Shown here: positions 30,511 to 42,641 of the stretch, one piece after another
How the letters are laid out: each line of letters opens with the position of its first letter
Numbering within the stretch: position 1 is the first letter of the stretch
Source: an uncultured Alphaproteobacteria bacterium
GTDB taxonomy: Bacteria; Pseudomonadota; Alphaproteobacteria; HIMB59
NCBI GenBank assembly: GCA_902542505.1
Contig: CACBUI010000001.1
Span: 83-64,082 of the forward strand
Length of the DNA: 64,000 bases
Direction of reading: 5' to 3'
Made by a program: the position numbers and the translations under genes
The notes under the pieces: generated by a model
Databases searched by the model: none
Told to the model about the DNA's origin: nothing
Seen by the model: the letters and a program-made list of their open reading frames with translations, nothing else

Positions 30511-31129
30511 CTATTGGCCAGCTAGTGGGGAAGGTTACATAATTTATCTGCATGCATCTTCTCTCAACCTTAATTTCTTTTTTTTCAAGTCCGTGCCAAG
30601 TATCATTTCCTGATGCAAAAAAATAACCTGTATTATGTTTGTATGGTACTGTTTTAACAAGATTCATATCAGTATCATAAAAATCTGTTCCAAGTTTTTC
30701 TGATTCATCGTATGTGTTAATAAATAACATCATTGTCATAAGTTTCTCTTTGATATCCAAATGTGGTTTTAGCCAAAAACCTTTACGATCTGAAATGTAC
30801 TCAATTCTAATAAAACTATTTGATAAGTTTTTTTTGATTTTCTCTTGTATTGACTCAATAACATCCTTATCCCTCAAGTCATCAATTAAACTCATTCCAT
30901 TTGATAAGTTTTTTGAATTATCGCTTTCTAAAAAAACTCTAAGTTTGCCATCTATCCCATCTCCACCTGCATCAGCGGCTCTTGTTCCGTCAAAAGACCG
31001 AGGTGCATCAGATATATCAACATCATTTAGTTCCTTTATTAACCCTTCTGTAAAAGGGGAGTCTAGCTCCCAATGAGGGAAGGGGTCAGAGTATGTTGTA
31101 CAACGATTTAATATTGATTCCTTAAGCAT
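30503..31129 (-). CDS. 2OG-Fe(II) oxygenase superfamily protein
   Basis: PFPH, HxD (PHLD), distal His (TWHG), Arg motif (RRCMQINY). Confidence 0.75.
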   Translation of the reverse strand: MLKESILNRCTTYSDPFPHWELDSPFTEGLIKELNDVDISDAPRSFDGTRAADAGGDGIDGKLRVFLESDNSKNLSNGMSLIDDLRDKDVIESIQEKIKKNLSNSFIRIEYISDRKGFWLKPHLDIKEKLMTMMLFINTYDESEKLGTDFYDTDMNLVKTVPYKHNTGYFFASGNDTWHGLEKKEIKVERRCMQINYVTFPTSWPIDG

Positions 31130-32063
31130 TACTAGATTTGAACCTTAAATTAGATTGTATCTTATTCAAGATTTTAGTTTTAAGATTTTTGTTATAATCA
31201 TCAATTTGGATTTCATAAGGTTTTAAATTTTGATTATAAAATTTTGCTAAATTAAGCTTTGTAATTTTATCAAAAAACTTAAGATATCTTTTTGGGCAAA
31301 ATTTTTCTTCAAACTTAAATAAAAAAGTACCTGCTTCAGAGGATATAGCTTCAGATATCATGGAAATTGAGTCCCAAGTTACAACTTGTAAATTACCCAT
31401 AGATAGAAGCTCACCATACTTCTTTGGATTAAATAAATCATCGAAGGTAACAATATTTTCATTATCAACTTTTGATAATTCTTCTATGAGCCCTCTTGGT
31501 GTTCTTCGTGATGGTATAACATTGACTTTGAAATCGTTACTTAAAAATTTTATTTCATTCAAAATTTTTTCTTGTGTTTGCTGCTGAAATTTAAAATATT
31601 TGTTTGGTCCGCCAATAATAAAATTTATTGTATTTTTATTTCTAATATTTTTTTTGAATTTAATATTATGTATAGCTAATAAAGTTGAAATACAATTATC
31701 AAAATTTAAATTATCATGTTCTGGGCAAACAATAAGATCAAAAAGTTTATAATTTATTTTTGGGTCTTGTATGTGGATATTAAAAATTAAATCCTTAAAT
31801 TTTCTTTTTAAATAAACAGACGCTTTAACACTTTTTTTACCACAACTGATAAGAATTGTATTTTTTTCAATCTCTAATAAAGATAAATTACTATATGCAA
31901 AACTACTTGTTGGTATCAACTCAATAGGTAAATTTTTGAAAATAGATTTAAGTTTTAAATCAAAATTTTCGTAAGAGTCGGATATTAAACTAGCTAATCC
32001 CTCTATCTGACTTCTCATACCAGCAGCTCCTTCACTGATGGTAATTACTTTGTAGTTATTCAA
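31122..32063 (-). CDS. Mitochondrial fission ELM1 family protein
   Basis: GMRSQ, HIQDP, FDLIVCPEHD, IGGPN, SRRTP, DSISMISEA. Confidence 0.88.
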   Translation of the reverse strand: MNNYKVITISEGAAGMRSQIEGLASLISDSYENFDLKLKSIFKNLPIELIPTSSFAYSNLSLLEIEKNTILISCGKKSVKASVYLKRKFKDLIFNIHIQDPKINYKLFDLIVCPEHDNLNFDNCISTLLAIHNIKFKKNIRNKNTINFIIGGPNKYFKFQQQTQEKILNEIKFLSNDFKVNVIPSRRTPRGLIEELSKVDNENIVTFDDLFNPKKYGELLSMGNLQVVTWDSISMISEAISSEAGTFLFKFEEKFCPKRYLKFFDKITKLNLAKFYNQNLKPYEIQIDDYNKNLKTKILNKIQSNLRFKSSNA

Positions 32064-32069
32064 ATTATA

Positions 32070-32543
32070 TTATTTAAATCTTACTGACTTAATTTCGTAT
32101 GAAGTTATACCTTTTGGTGTTGATACTTCTATATAATCACCCTTTTTCTTTCCAATTAAAGCTCTTGCAATAGGGCTAGTTACAGATATTTTTTTTTGCT
32201 CAATGTCAGCTTCTACCTCTCCAACTAACTGATATTTAGACTCTTTATCATTATCTAAGTTTATAATCGAAACAGTAGCTCCAAATTTAACAACCGTTCC
32301 TGATAGTTTTGAAACATCTATTAATTCTGCTTGAGCAATAATGCTTTCTATCTCAGCTACTCTACCTTCAATGAAGCTTTGTTTTTCTCTAGCTGCATGA
32401 TATTCAGCATTCTCAGAAAGATCACCATTACTTCTAGCATCAGCTATGGCCTTAATAATAATTGGCCTTTCAACTGTTTTAAGACGTTTAAGTTCATCGA
32501 GAAGCTTTTTTTGCCCCTCTTCTGTCATTGGTATTTTTTCCAT
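32070..32543 (-). CDS. greA: Transcription elongation factor GreA
   Basis: GDLSENAEYHAAREKQ, SPIARALIGK. Confidence 0.98.
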   Translation of the reverse strand: MEKIPMTEEGQKKLLDELKRLKTVERPIIIKAIADARSNGDLSENAEYHAAREKQSFIEGRVAEIESIIAQAELIDVSKLSGTVVKFGATVSIINLDNDKESKYQLVGEVEADIEQKKISVTSPIARALIGKKKGDYIEVSTPKGITSYEIKSVRFK

Positions 32544-32611
32544 TTTATTAGTATTTTATTAAGTTGTAGAAAATATTGAATTTTATGTGTTATTACAAAT
32601 GAATTTTTACG

Positions 32612-35600
32612 CTAAAAAGAATGATGATTTTGTATGGGTTTTACGGAAATAGGCTTATTTTTCAAAGTAATCAGTGATTTAATTAGTATTTCTGCACTTC
32701 TAAGATTGGTGTAATATGGAATATTAAGATCAACAGTCGTTCTCCTTATAGTAAAACTATCAATTATTGCCTGTTTTTTTTCTGTTGTATTTATAACTAA
32801 ATCAATCTTATTTTGTTTTATATACTCCACTACATGAGGTGATCCTTCAGCCACCTTGTTAACTAAATTTGAAGAAATTCCCTTTTTCAATAAAAAGTCG
32901 TGAGTTCCTTTTGTTGTAAATAAATTATAACCATTTTCTATGAAAGATTTAGCTATTTCAGATATACTTTGCTTATCTTCATTTTTAACAGAGATAAATA
33001 TATTTTTTAAGTCATTTAGTTTTTGTCCTGCACCAATTTGACTTTTGAAATAAGCCAAATAAAAATCCTCGTCTATACCCATAACCTCACCAGTGCTTTT
33101 CATCTCCGGGCCAAGTATTACATCGGTGTTTGGGAATTTATTGAATGGAAATACAGCCTCCTTGATTGCAAAGTAAGGTAAAGTATTATTATCAAAATTC
33201 TGATACTCTTCAGTTAGAGTTTTACCTACGATTAATTCAGCTGCAATTTTAATGAATGGTATTCCTATTGCTTTAGCCAGAAAAGGAATCGTTCTACTAG
33301 CTCTAGGATTTGCTTCAAGTATAAAAATTTCATCATCTTTGATAGCATATTGAATATTCATCAAACCAAGTATCTTTAATTCATTCACAAGAGAGATACT
33401 AAATTTTTTTATATATGATATAATATTATCACTAAGAGAAAAGGGGGGTATGCTACATGCACTATCACCTGAGTGAATACCAGCCTCTTCAATATGTTCC
33501 ATAATTCCAGCAATCATTGTATTTCCCTGATTATCTCTTAATACATCAACATCTACCTCTTTTGCATTTTGAAGAAACTCATCGATTAGAATCACATTAT
33601 TTTCTAGTGCCCAATAGTTTTGATCAATGTAATCTTGCACATCATCTAAATTAGCCATTTTTTCCATCATTCTTCCTCCAAGGACATATGAGGGCCTTAA
33701 CAAAATAGGAAACTTAAGCTTAGAGGATTTAGTGACAAGTTCTTTTGTTCCCAAAGAGATATCACTTTTTGGTTGTTTTAAACCTACCTTTAGAATTAAT
33801 TTTTGAAATCTCTCTCTGTCTTCAGATATGTCTATCGCTTCGAAAGATGTGCCTAATATTTTATATCCATATTCTTTGAGTTTATTAGCTATTCTCAGAG
33901 GTGTCTGCCCACCAAATTGGACAATAACACCCTCAACAACACCTTTCTCGTTTTCTTTATCAATTATATTTTTAACATATTCAAAGTCCAAAGGCTCAAA
34001 ATAAAGTTTATCTGAAGTATCATAATCAGTTGAAACTGTTTCAGGATTACAATTAATCATAATTGTTTCATAACCAAGTTTCTGAAAAGATTTTACAGCT
34101 TGCACACAACAATAATCAAATTCTATACCTTGACCTATTCTATTAGGACCAGAGCCAAGGATAATTATCTTTTTCTTATTTGTTGGTCTAGACTCACAAC
34201 TAAATTCATTTGTTTCAAAGGTAAATGTTGAATAAAGATAAGCAGTAGAGGAGTCAAATTCATTTCCGCAAGTGTCAACTCTTTTAAATACTGTTTTTAA
34301 GTTATTTTTTTCCTGAAGATCGTAAATTTCATTTATACTATTTTTTGTTAAATTGCTTATATGATCATTAGAAAATCCAATTTTTTTGGCAAGAATAAAT
34401 AAATTTTTTTCTAAACTACTACCTGCCTTTACTAATTGTTGCTCAATTTTTATAATTTCATTTATTTCTCTCAAAAAAAACATGTCAATATATGTTAATT
34501 CGTTTATTTCAGTTAAAGGTATTTTACGTCTTATAGCTTCTGCAACTACTAATAATCTATCAGGCCTTTGCTTTGTGAGTAAATTTTTTAAATTTTCATC
34601 TTTAATATTTAATAATTCATGACTTATATCTAAACCATAGTTATCTGACTCTATTGAGTAGAAAGCTTTTAAAAGAGACTCTTTAAAAGTTCTACCTATA
34701 GACATAATTTCACCAACAGATTTCATGGCAGTATTTAACTCACTAGGTGTACCTTGAAATTTTTCAAAATTAAATTTTGGTATTTTGGTCACGACATAGT
34801 CTATAACTGGTTCAAAACTTGCTGGAGTTACCTTAGTAATATCATTTTCTAATTCGTCTAATGTGTAACCAACTGCTAACAATGCTGCTATTTTAGCGAT
34901 AGGGAAACCTGTAGCTTTAGAGGCTAATGCAGATGACCTACTAACCCGAGGATTCATTTCAATAATCAATATCCTTCCATTTTCTGGATTTACCGCAAAT
35001 TGGACATTTGAACCACCAGTCTCTACTCCAATTTTTCTTAGAATAGCAATACTTTGATTTCTTAGTTTTTGATATTCTTTGTCAGTTATTGTAAGTGCTG
35101 GAGCTATTGTAATACTATCCCCAGTATGCACTCCCATTGGATCTAAGTTCTCTATAGAACAAACTATTATTGAATTATCTAAATTATCTCTAACTACTTC
35201 AAATTCAAATTCTTTCCACCCAATTAAGGACTCTTCAACAAGAGTTTTTGATACAGGGCTTAAATCGATTGCATTTTTGACCTTTGATATAAATTCATCT
35301 TTGTCGTATACAATACCACCACCAGTTCCTCCCAGAGTATAAAAAGGTCTTAAAATTATTGGAAAACTTACTTCATTAACTATTTTATTTAGATCAGACT
35401 TGTCATCAACTATTATGCTAAATGGCGTCTCTAGTCCAATTTCAGACATCGCTTCGGCAAATAATTTTCTATCTTCAGCTACATCAATAGATCTTGGACT
35501 AGCACCTAAAATTTTGATTGAACAATTTTTAAAATAATTCTCTTTGTTTAACTCTCTGATAATATTTAGAGCTGTTTGACCTCCCATTGTTGGTAAAATT

Positions 35601-35854
35601 GCATCAGGTTTCTCTTTATCAATAATTTTTTTTACAATTTCTTTATCAATAGGTTCAATATAAGTTTTATCTGCGAATTCCGGGTCTGTCATTATAGTTG
35701 CCGGATTAGAGTTAATTAAAACAACTTCATAGCCTTCTTTTTTAAGTGCCTTACATGCCTGACTGCCAGAGTAATCAAATTCACAGGCTTGACCTATAAT
35801 GATAGGACCAGAGCCAACAACCAATATTTTAGATATATCCTTTCTAGCTGGCAT
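32612..35854 (-). CDS. carB: Carbamoyl-phosphate synthase large subunit
   Basis: [43 protein letters not shown] domain. Confidence 0.98.
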   Translation of the reverse strand: MPARKDISKILVVGSGPIIIGQACEFDYSGSQACKALKKEGYEVVLINSNPATIMTDPEFADKTYIEPIDKEIVKKIIDKEKPDAILPTMGGQTALNIIRELNKENYFKNCSIKILGASPRSIDVAEDRKLFAEAMSEIGLETPFSIIVDDKSDLNKIVNEVSFPIILRPFYTLGGTGGGIVYDKDEFISKVKNAIDLSPVSKTLVEESLIGWKEFEFEVVRDNLDNSIIVCSIENLDPMGVHTGDSITIAPALTITDKEYQKLRNQSIAILRKIGVETGGSNVQFAVNPENGRILIIEMNPRVSRSSALASKATGFPIAKIAALLAVGYTLDELENDITKVTPASFEPVIDYVVTKIPKFNFEKFQGTPSELNTAMKSVGEIMSIGRTFKESLLKAFYSIESDNYGLDISHELLNIKDENLKNLLTKQRPDRLLVVAEAIRRKIPLTEINELTYIDMFFLREINEIIKIEQQLVKAGSSLEKNLFILAKKIGFSNDHISNLTKNSINEIYDLQEKNNLKTVFKRVDTCGNEFDSSTAYLYSTFTFETNEFSCESRPTNKKKIIILGSGPNRIGQGIEFDYCCVQAVKSFQKLGYETIMINCNPETVSTDYDTSDKLYFEPLDFEYVKNIIDKENEKGVVEGVIVQFGGQTPLRIANKLKEYGYKILGTSFEAIDISEDRERFQKLILKVGLKQPKSDISLGTKELVTKSSKLKFPILLRPSYVLGGRMMEKMANLDDVQDYIDQNYWALENNVILIDEFLQNAKEVDVDVLRDNQGNTMIAGIMEHIEEAGIHSGDSACSIPPFSLSDNIISYIKKFSISLVNELKILGLMNIQYAIKDDEIFILEANPRASRTIPFLAKAIGIPFIKIAAELIVGKTLTEEYQNFDNNTLPYFAIKEAVFPFNKFPNTDVILGPEMKSTGEVMGIDEDFYLAYFKSQIGAGQKLNDLKNIFISVKNEDKQSISEIAKSFIENGYNLFTTKGTHDFLLKKGISSNLVNKVAEGSPHVVEYIKQNKIDLVINTTEKKQAIIDSFTIRRTTVDLNIPYYTNLRSAEILIKSLITLKNKPISVKPIQNHHSF

Positions 35855-36983
35855 TCTTTTCCATTAAATTTATAAATTCATCGAAAAGATATCTGCTGTC
35901 ATGTGGTCCAGGGCTAGACTCTGGATGATATTGAACAGAAAATAAAGGTTGATCATTTGCTTTCATGCCATCAATAGTTTTATCAAACAATGATTTATGT
36001 GTTATTTGAAGATTAGATGGAAAATTTTCATCTAAAACTACAAAACCGTGATTTTGAGATGTAATTTCAACTTTGTTTGTTTTCAAGTTTTTTACTGGGT
36101 GATTACCACCTCGATGGCCTTTTTCCATTCGAGCTGTTGAGGCATTAAATGCTAAACTTAATATTTGATGACCTAGGCATATACCAAAAGTAGGTATTTT
36201 TCTATTTAGTAATTTATTTAATTCAGGCTTTATATTTTCATATACTTTTTTAGGATCACCTGGGCCATTACTTAAAAAAAAACCATCAAAATTCTTATTA
36301 ATAATATCTTCAGCTTTAAAATTCATATCAAATTCCTCAATCTCACAATTTCTAGAGTAAAAGTTTTTCTTAATGTTGTCTTTTGCTCCAAAATTTAAAA
36401 AAGCTATAGAGTACTTTTTTTTACCTATTTCTTGTTTTTCTATATTCAGTTCAGATGTAAAATCTTTGATAACATCATTCTCTTCTAAAGAAAGACTTTG
36501 ATCTATTTGTTTACAAATTTGCTCTATTCCTTTGTTTTCAAAATATTCCTCAGAACAAAGCATTATATTTTTTGGTCCAAAATTTCTTACAATTTTAGTT
36601 ACGGCCCTTGTATCTAAATCAAAAAAAGCACAAGAATTTTGACTTATAATCCAATTTGTAAAATTTGTTTGTGCTCTCCAATTTGAACTTAATTCAAATA
36701 ATTCATTACATATTAAACCAGATGCATGTATTTTCCATGACTCGTAATCTTCATTATTACATCCAACAATACCAATCAATGGAAAGGTAAAATTTATAAA
36801 CTGAGATTTATATGAGGGATCAGTTAGTATCTCCTGATACCCCGTCATACTAGTATTGAAGCAAATTTCTGCTATCTTAAATTGTTCTTTTGATAGAAAC
36901 TTACCTTTGAAAATATACTTTTTGTTATAAATTAAATAACCGTTTTGATAATTAAGCTTAGTTTTATTATCTAATACGGTCAT
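35844..36983 (-). CDS. carA: Carbamoyl-phosphate synthase small subunit
   Basis: [37 protein letters not shown]. Confidence 0.97.
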   Translation of the reverse strand: MTVLDNKTKLNYQNGYLIYNKKYIFKGKFLSKEQFKIAEICFNTSMTGYQEILTDPSYKSQFINFTFPLIGIVGCNNEDYESWKIHASGLICNELFELSSNWRAQTNFTNWIISQNSCAFFDLDTRAVTKIVRNFGPKNIMLCSEEYFENKGIEQICKQIDQSLSLEENDVIKDFTSELNIEKQEIGKKKYSIAFLNFGAKDNIKKNFYSRNCEIEEFDMNFKAEDIINKNFDGFFLSNGPGDPKKVYENIKPELNKLLNRKIPTFGICLGHQILSLAFNASTARMEKGHRGGNHPVKNLKTNKVEITSQNHGFVVLDENFPSNLQITHKSLFDKTIDGMKANDQPLFSVQYHPESSPGPHDSRYLFDEFINLMEKNAS

Positions 36984-37026
36984 ATTAAATCATGTGTATT
37001 AGTATATTATATGAGAGGAATTTCAA

Positions 37027-37485
37027 ATGAGTTTGGCAAAAAAAATTTCTGATGACGTTAAAAGTGCTTTAAAAGGCGGAGATAAGAAAAAACTTTCAAT
37101 AGCAAGGTATGTCTATTCTGAGTTAAAAAATTTTCTAATTAAAGAGAATCTGGATAGAGATGTGCTTAAATTATCTGATGAAAACATAATCAAAATTGTT
37201 AAGACCCAACTTAAGCAAAAAAAAGAATCTTTAGATTTCGCAATAAAAGCTAATGATCAAGTCAGAATAGAGGACTTGGAATTTGATATCAATTACCTTA
37301 ATGATTTTCTACCGACAATGATGGATGAGAAAAATACATTTGAAATTATATCAAATCACATAAAAGAAAATAACTTAGAAAATAAAGACTTTGGAAAAAT
37401 AATGGGTTTTCTTAAACAAAACTATAATAATAAAATTGATATGAATTTAGCTTCAAAAATCATCAAAAATATTTTCAAAGAATGA
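37027..37485 (+). CDS. GatB/YqeY domain protein
   Basis: Helical YqeY pattern (DDVKSALK...FLP...DFGKIMG); carA/yqeY-dnaG-rpoD synteny. Confidence 0.8.
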   Translation: MSLAKKISDDVKSALKGGDKKKLSIARYVYSELKNFLIKENLDRDVLKLSDENIIKIVKTQLKQKKESLDFAIKANDQVRIEDLEFDINYLNDFLPTMMDEKNTFEIISNHIKENNLENKDFGKIMGFLKQNYNNKIDMNLASKIIKNIFKE

Positions 37486-39065
37486 CAGATGATAATATCA
37501 AGGAAGTTATAAACAGAACCTCTATTGTTGAGATTATAAACTCTACTGTACCTTTAAAGAAAAAAGGCAGTAATTATTTTGGTTTAAGTCCTTTTAAAAA
37601 AGAAAAAACTCCTTCTTTTTCAGTAAATGAAGAAAAAAAAATATTCCATTGTTTTAGCACTGGAGAACATGGAAATGTAATTGATTTTTTAATAAAAGTT
37701 AAAGGATATAGCTTTAAGGATGCTCTGTATGAACTAGCAGATAAGGCTGGTATTGAAATAAGTTATAAATCATCAAAATTAAATAATATTATCTATGAAA
37801 TTAATTCTTTAACAAAAGAATTATTTTATAAGAATTTATTAAATTCTAAAAAACACTTAGATTATTTAATTAAAAATAGAAAGTTTAATATAGAAACTAT
37901 TCATAAGTTTGAATTAGGATCATCAGTAAATTCATTTGAACTTCAAAAAAAACTCTTGAATAATTTTGAAGTCAATAACTTAGTAGCAGCAGGGGTTTTT
38001 AGTAGAACTAACAACACTAAATTATTTTTTTCTAATAGAATTATGGTTCCAATAATTAATATGCAAAATAAAACTCTGGGATTTGGAGGGAGAGTTATTG
38101 ACGATAGTTTACCAAAATATATTAATACAGCTGAAACAAAAATTTTTAAAAAAAAACAAATCTTATTCAATGAAAAAATACTTAATAAACAAAATAGTAA
38201 AAAAATAATAATAGTTGAAGGCTATTTTGATGTTATTAAATTAGAACAAAGTGGTTTTTCAAGCTGTTTAGCTCCTCTTGGCACATCAATAAATCATGAA
38301 AAATTAATTGAAATCACAAAGAAAGGATTTGAAATTATTGTATGTCTTGATGGAGATATTGCTGGAAGAAATGCCACTATTAGATTAATGAATAATTTAC
38401 TTGCTGACAAAAATTTTGAGCTTGGAATAAAATTTGTACTTTTGCCCAAAAATTTTGACCCCGATCAATTAATTGAGTCAAATATGTCTGACAAATTGGA
38501 TAAACTCATAGATCAACCATTATCAATAGAGGAACTCATAGAAAAATATTTAGAAAAGTTTCGTAAAAGTAATGATGTTGATAGTCAGTTTAAAGGATCT
38601 AAAGTTTTAAAAAGTTTACTGAATAATGTATCAAACATTGATTTAAAAAAAATATTAACCAATCACTTTAATAAATTAAGTTTAAATCAGACAACTATAA
38701 AAAATAATTCAAAATCAAATAATCAAAAACTTGAACTCAAATTTGACTTGAAGTCAAAATTTTCAGCAGCACTAATCATATTTTATATCGAAAACCAACC
38801 AAATAGGGAAAGAGTCTTTGATTTGATAGCTACAGCTAAATTTGAAGGAAAATTTAGAGAAATTCGAGACTTGATTATTAAAAAAACCCTTTTCAAATCA
38901 ACAACTATTGAGATTTATGAAGAATTAGACTCTAAGGGATTGAATTTTACAAAAAATTTACTATTTTCTAATGAAGTTCGAAGGCTGTGTAGATTTGCAT
39001 CACCTAAATTTAATGAAGATCCTTATAATGAAATTGAAAAAACAATTAGTTTTATAAATAGTTAA
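37482..39065 (+). CDS. dnaG: DNA primase
   Basis: EKTPSF, FHCFS, GFGGR, PKYINT, VEGYFDV, TOPRIM DGD, DPD. Confidence 0.96.
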   Translation: MTDDNIKEVINRTSIVEIINSTVPLKKKGSNYFGLSPFKKEKTPSFSVNEEKKIFHCFSTGEHGNVIDFLIKVKGYSFKDALYELADKAGIEISYKSSKLNNIIYEINSLTKELFYKNLLNSKKHLDYLIKNRKFNIETIHKFELGSSVNSFELQKKLLNNFEVNNLVAAGVFSRTNNTKLFFSNRIMVPIINMQNKTLGFGGRVIDDSLPKYINTAETKIFKKKQILFNEKILNKQNSKKIIIVEGYFDVIKLEQSGFSSCLAPLGTSINHEKLIEITKKGFEIIVCLDGDIAGRNATIRLMNNLLADKNFELGIKFVLLPKNFDPDQLIESNMSDKLDKLIDQPLSIEELIEKYLEKFRKSNDVDSQFKGSKVLKSLLNNVSNIDLKKILTNHFNKLSLNQTTIKNNSKSNNQKLELKFDLKSKFSAALIIFYIENQPNRERVFDLIATAKFEGKFREIRDLIIKKTLFKSTTIEIYEELDSKGLNFTKNLLFSNEVRRLCRFASPKFNEDPYNEIEKTISFINS

Positions 39066-39070
39066 TAAAA

Positions 39071-41110
39071 ATGGTAAAAAAAAAGTTAACTAAAAAGAAA
39101 ATTACTAAGAAAAAATCTGTCTTAGTAAAAAAAACCAAGGTATCTAAAAATAAAAAAAAATCAGTCGCTGCTTCAAATCCTATTGAGTTAGTTTATAAAG
39201 AAAATGAAAATCAACTAATTTCATTAATTACAAAAGAATTTGATAAAGATTTAGCAACTAAGTCTAAAACGTATATTAAGTCTTACACAAAAATTGATGA
39301 GTCTATTATAACTGTAAATGATTTCTTAAACTATATTGAAAATCTAGATGAAGAACTTTTTAAATTATTTAGAGCCTATACTACTTCAGTAGAAACAGAC
39401 TCATCATCGTCAAACGAAGAATCAGAAGAAGAAGATAAATCAACAGGAGTTAAAAGTGATGATCCTGTCAGAATGTATCTCAAAGAAATGGGAAATGTTG
39501 AGTTACTTTCTAGAGAGGGTGAAATAGCAATTGCAAAAAGAATTGAGTCTGGGCTGGACAAAATGATGAATTCAATACTTGAGTGTCCAGCTTCAATTGA
39601 CATTTTAAAAAAATGGATTGAACAAGTCAAACATAATGAAATAAATTTAAGAGAGATAGTTGATTTTGATGAATATTTTAATGAAGACAATGACCCTTAC
39701 TCTAATTCATCAAAAAGAAAAGAAATTCAAAAAATAATTAATGACAAAAAGAAAGCCCTTTTAAAAGAAAAGCAACAAATGTTGAAAGAGCAGGGAATAG
39801 AAATTGATAAAGAAAAACTCCAAGAGACTTCTAATGAAGAAGATATTGAAAATGAAAGTTTTTCTATTTCCATAATTGAAGAGTTTTATAAACCTGAAAT
39901 ATTAAAGAAATTAGATAGAGTACTTGTCTTATCTGAAAATATAACCAAAATTAAAAAAAATAAAAATATTACAAAAATTTCAGATGCGAAATCACTTAAG
40001 GAGCTTAAAAAATATCAAGATGAGATACTAAACTATTTTAATGAAATAAAAATTAAACCTCACAAATTAGAAGAGATAATTACTCACCTTTATTCTATAA
40101 ATAAGGAGATACAGTCAAAAGAGGTCTCTCTGTTAACACTAGCTACACAAAATAAAATAAGTAGAGATATATTTTTGAAACATCACAACTTAAAAGATAC
40201 TTATACACAATATCAAAAACATATGATTTCTGCAGACGTTTCTTTTAAAGCTCTCTTTCAGAAAAATAATGATAAATTAAAAGATATTTATAGACAAGTT
40301 CTTAGCTTGTCTAAAATAGCAAATCAAAACACTATTGAATTTAAAGAAAAAGTCAGGGAAATACAATCTGGCCAAAGAACAGCTAATCAAGCTAAAAAAG
40401 AAATGATCGAAGCAAATTTACGTCTAGTCATTTCAATTGCAAAAAAATACACCAATAGAGGCTTACAATTTTTGGACCTTATACAAGAGGGAAATATTGG
40501 TTTAATGAAAGCAGTCGATAAATTTGAGTACAGAAGAGGTTATAAATTTTCTACTTATGCAACCTGGTGGATCAGACAAGCTATTACTAGATCTATAGCT
40601 GATCAAGCAAGAACAATTCGTATCCCAGTGCACATGATTGAAACAATCAATAAAATAGTTAGATCAAGTAGACAATTAATTCTTGAACTTGGAAGAGAGC
40701 CAACACCAGAGGAGCTTTCAGTAAGATTAAAAATGCCTATTGAAAAAGTTAGAAAAGTTTTAAAAATAGCTAAAGAACCTGTAAGTTTAGAGACACCTAT
40801 TGGTGACGATGATGACAGTTTCCTTGGTGATTTTATTGAAGATAAAAATGCTGTAATTCCTGAAGATGCTGTTATGCAATTAAATTTAAGAGAAACTACT
40901 ACTAAAATACTTTCAACTTTAACTCCTAGAGAGGAAAGAGTATTGAGGATGAGATTTGGTATTGGTATGTCATCTGACCATACTTTAGAGGAAGTGGGTC
41001 AACAATTTAGTGTAACCAGAGAAAGAATTAGACAAATTGAGGCTAAGGCTTTGAGAAAACTAAAACACCCTATTAGGTCAAAAAAGCTAAAGTCTTTCAT
41101 GGACTCTTAA
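39071..41110 (+). CDS. rpoD: RNA polymerase sigma factor RpoD
   Basis: [56 protein letters not shown]. Confidence 0.98.
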   Translation: MVKKKLTKKKITKKKSVLVKKTKVSKNKKKSVAASNPIELVYKENENQLISLITKEFDKDLATKSKTYIKSYTKIDESIITVNDFLNYIENLDEELFKLFRAYTTSVETDSSSSNEESEEEDKSTGVKSDDPVRMYLKEMGNVELLSREGEIAIAKRIESGLDKMMNSILECPASIDILKKWIEQVKHNEINLREIVDFDEYFNEDNDPYSNSSKRKEIQKIINDKKKALLKEKQQMLKEQGIEIDKEKLQETSNEEDIENESFSISIIEEFYKPEILKKLDRVLVLSENITKIKKNKNITKISDAKSLKELKKYQDEILNYFNEIKIKPHKLEEIITHLYSINKEIQSKEVSLLTLATQNKISRDIFLKHHNLKDTYTQYQKHMISADVSFKALFQKNNDKLKDIYRQVLSLSKIANQNTIEFKEKVREIQSGQRTANQAKKEMIEANLRLVISIAKKYTNRGLQFLDLIQEGNIGLMKAVDKFEYRRGYKFSTYATWWIRQAITRSIADQARTIRIPVHMIETINKIVRSSRQLILELGREPTPEELSVRLKMPIEKVRKVLKIAKEPVSLETPIGDDDDSFLGDFIEDKNAVIPEDAVMQLNLRETTTKILSTLTPREERVLRMRFGIGMSSDHTLEEVGQQFSVTRERIRQIEAKALRKLKHPIRSKKLKSFMDS

Positions 41111-41176
41111 AATTTATCAATAATTATAATTCTTGTTTTTTTATAATAAAATTATAATAGTAACAATTCTAATCAT

Positions 41177-41253
41177 GGGCCTGTAGTTCAGTTGGTTAGA
41201 ACGCGGTGCTCATAACGCCGTTGTCGCAGGTTCGAGTCCTGCCGGGCCCACCA
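41177..41253 (+). tRNA. tRNA with CAT anticodon, most likely tRNA-Ile2 (lysidine)
   Basis: GGGCCTG/CGGGCCC acceptor stem, CGGTG-CTCATAA-CGCCG anticodon arm, CCA end. Paired G1:C72 and no GGG/CCC anticodon stem rule out fMet; the position after rpoD matches ileX. Confidence 0.88.
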
Positions 41254-41269
41254 AATACAAAAAATAATA

Positions 41270-41863
41270 CTAAATTTTCCCTATTTCAATTATCAGAGCC
41301 TCTAAATTCCCTTTGTTTTTCCTTAATATTTTATTGAACTCTGATTTTTTGGTTACAAAATAAGATGTGTTTTCAACAATTACATCGATAATCTTGTAAG
41401 ATGAATCTATATCTACAACTTTCCAATAAAGACTTGCGGAGGATTTTTTATCAGAAATTTCTGATTTGATTATGTAAATATTATCTTTTATATCAACATC
41501 TTTTAGGATTATTGTACTTGAAGAACTCGAATTAGCTAATTTATATATTGTTTTAATTAAATAATCTGTAAAAGCATCCAAATATAAAGAGAGTTCATTT
41601 TCCGAGCTATTGTTAATAATATTCTCTCCAATGAGGCCATAAGCAACTGATTTAATGGCAAAGTTTTTGTTAACAAAATATTTATATTTCTCGTAATTTT
41701 CACTCTCAGTACCCTCATCATTGTTAATTATTTCTAAAAATTGATTTGACTCTTTTTCAAACCATTCTGAAACCTCTGAGGCCCCAAGAGTTGAAAAAGA
41801 AAAAATGGTAAAAATTACAATTAGTAGATTTCTCATCATGTTAAGTAAATATGGTTTGACCAA
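41270..41863 (-). CDS. mlaC: MlaC/Ttg2D-like phospholipid-binding periplasmic protein
   Basis: Signal peptide (likely true start MMRNLL), YKIIDVIVENTSYFVTKKSEF; follows mlaA. Confidence 0.75.
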   Translation of the reverse strand: MVKPYLLNMMRNLLIVIFTIFSFSTLGASEVSEWFEKESNQFLEIINNDEGTESENYEKYKYFVNKNFAIKSVAYGLIGENIINNSSENELSLYLDAFTDYLIKTIYKLANSSSSSTIILKDVDIKDNIYIIKSEISDKKSSASLYWKVVDIDSSYKIIDVIVENTSYFVTKKSEFNKILRKNKGNLEALIIEIGKI

Positions 41864-42604
41864 CTATTCAATATAAATTTTAGGTACAGGTAAATTTTGT
41901 ATATATTCCTCCTCAAGTTGAGCATTTCTGTTCTGATAATAGATTGATTTTATCATTTCATATCTATCCGAAGAAGAATCTCTTACCTTATCTAGCTGCT
42001 CGTCTAAATCTATTCTTTCACTTAAACCATTACCAATAGCTACATACTCTCTATTCGGGACGTTATTTGAAATTGGATCAACAAAATACTCTATAACGTC
42101 ACCACTAAAATCTCTTAAATTACTTGGACCAATGATAGGTATTACTATGTAAGGACCACTTGAAACACCTCCTTTAGCCAGTGTAATTCCAAAGTCTGTC
42201 TCATTTTTTTCCATTCCCACTCTTGAAGCTAAGTCAAATGTACCTAAACTAGTTAATGTGTTAATAGTAAAACGCCCAATTGAGTTAAAAGACTTATAGA
42301 ACTCTCCTTGAAAAATAAAAGAAACAGTCCTAATTGGTTCCTTTAAATTACTAAAAAAATTAGACACCCCTTTTTCAACTGGTTCTGGAGCTATAAATTT
42401 ATAAGTTTTAACTATTGGTCTAATAGCAACATCGTCTATAAAAAAATTAAAACTCAAAACCGCTCTGTTAATAGGCTCTATTGGGTCATATATTTCATCG
42501 TATGAGATCCCTGTTTGAGATATATTTTCATCTGTATATGAAGGTGTTGTTTGTAAAAAAGTAACAAATATTATTAAAAGAATGACTTTCAAATGTTTTT
42601 TCAT
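41864..42604 (-). CDS. mlaA: MlaA/VacJ family protein
   Basis: DPIEPINRAVLSFN, GVSNFFSNLKEP, DFGITL, GPYIVIPIIGPSNLRD. Confidence 0.92.
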   Translation of the reverse strand: MKKHLKVILLIIFVTFLQTTPSYTDENISQTGISYDEIYDPIEPINRAVLSFNFFIDDVAIRPIVKTYKFIAPEPVEKGVSNFFSNLKEPIRTVSFIFQGEFYKSFNSIGRFTINTLTSLGTFDLASRVGMEKNETDFGITLAKGGVSSGPYIVIPIIGPSNLRDFSGDVIEYFVDPISNNVPNREYVAIGNGLSERIDLDEQLDKVRDSSSDRYEMIKSIYYQNRNAQLEEEYIQNLPVPKIYIE

Positions 42605-42641
42605 TACGTAAAATCTTGATTCATTATATTACAATCAATTT

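Noticed and set aside
41177-41253. Initiator or elongator tRNA-Met
   Set aside because: Lacks the C1:A72 mismatch and the three G:C anticodon-stem pairs of fMet; acceptor sequence and rpoD linkage favour Ile2, though elongator Met cannot be fully excluded.
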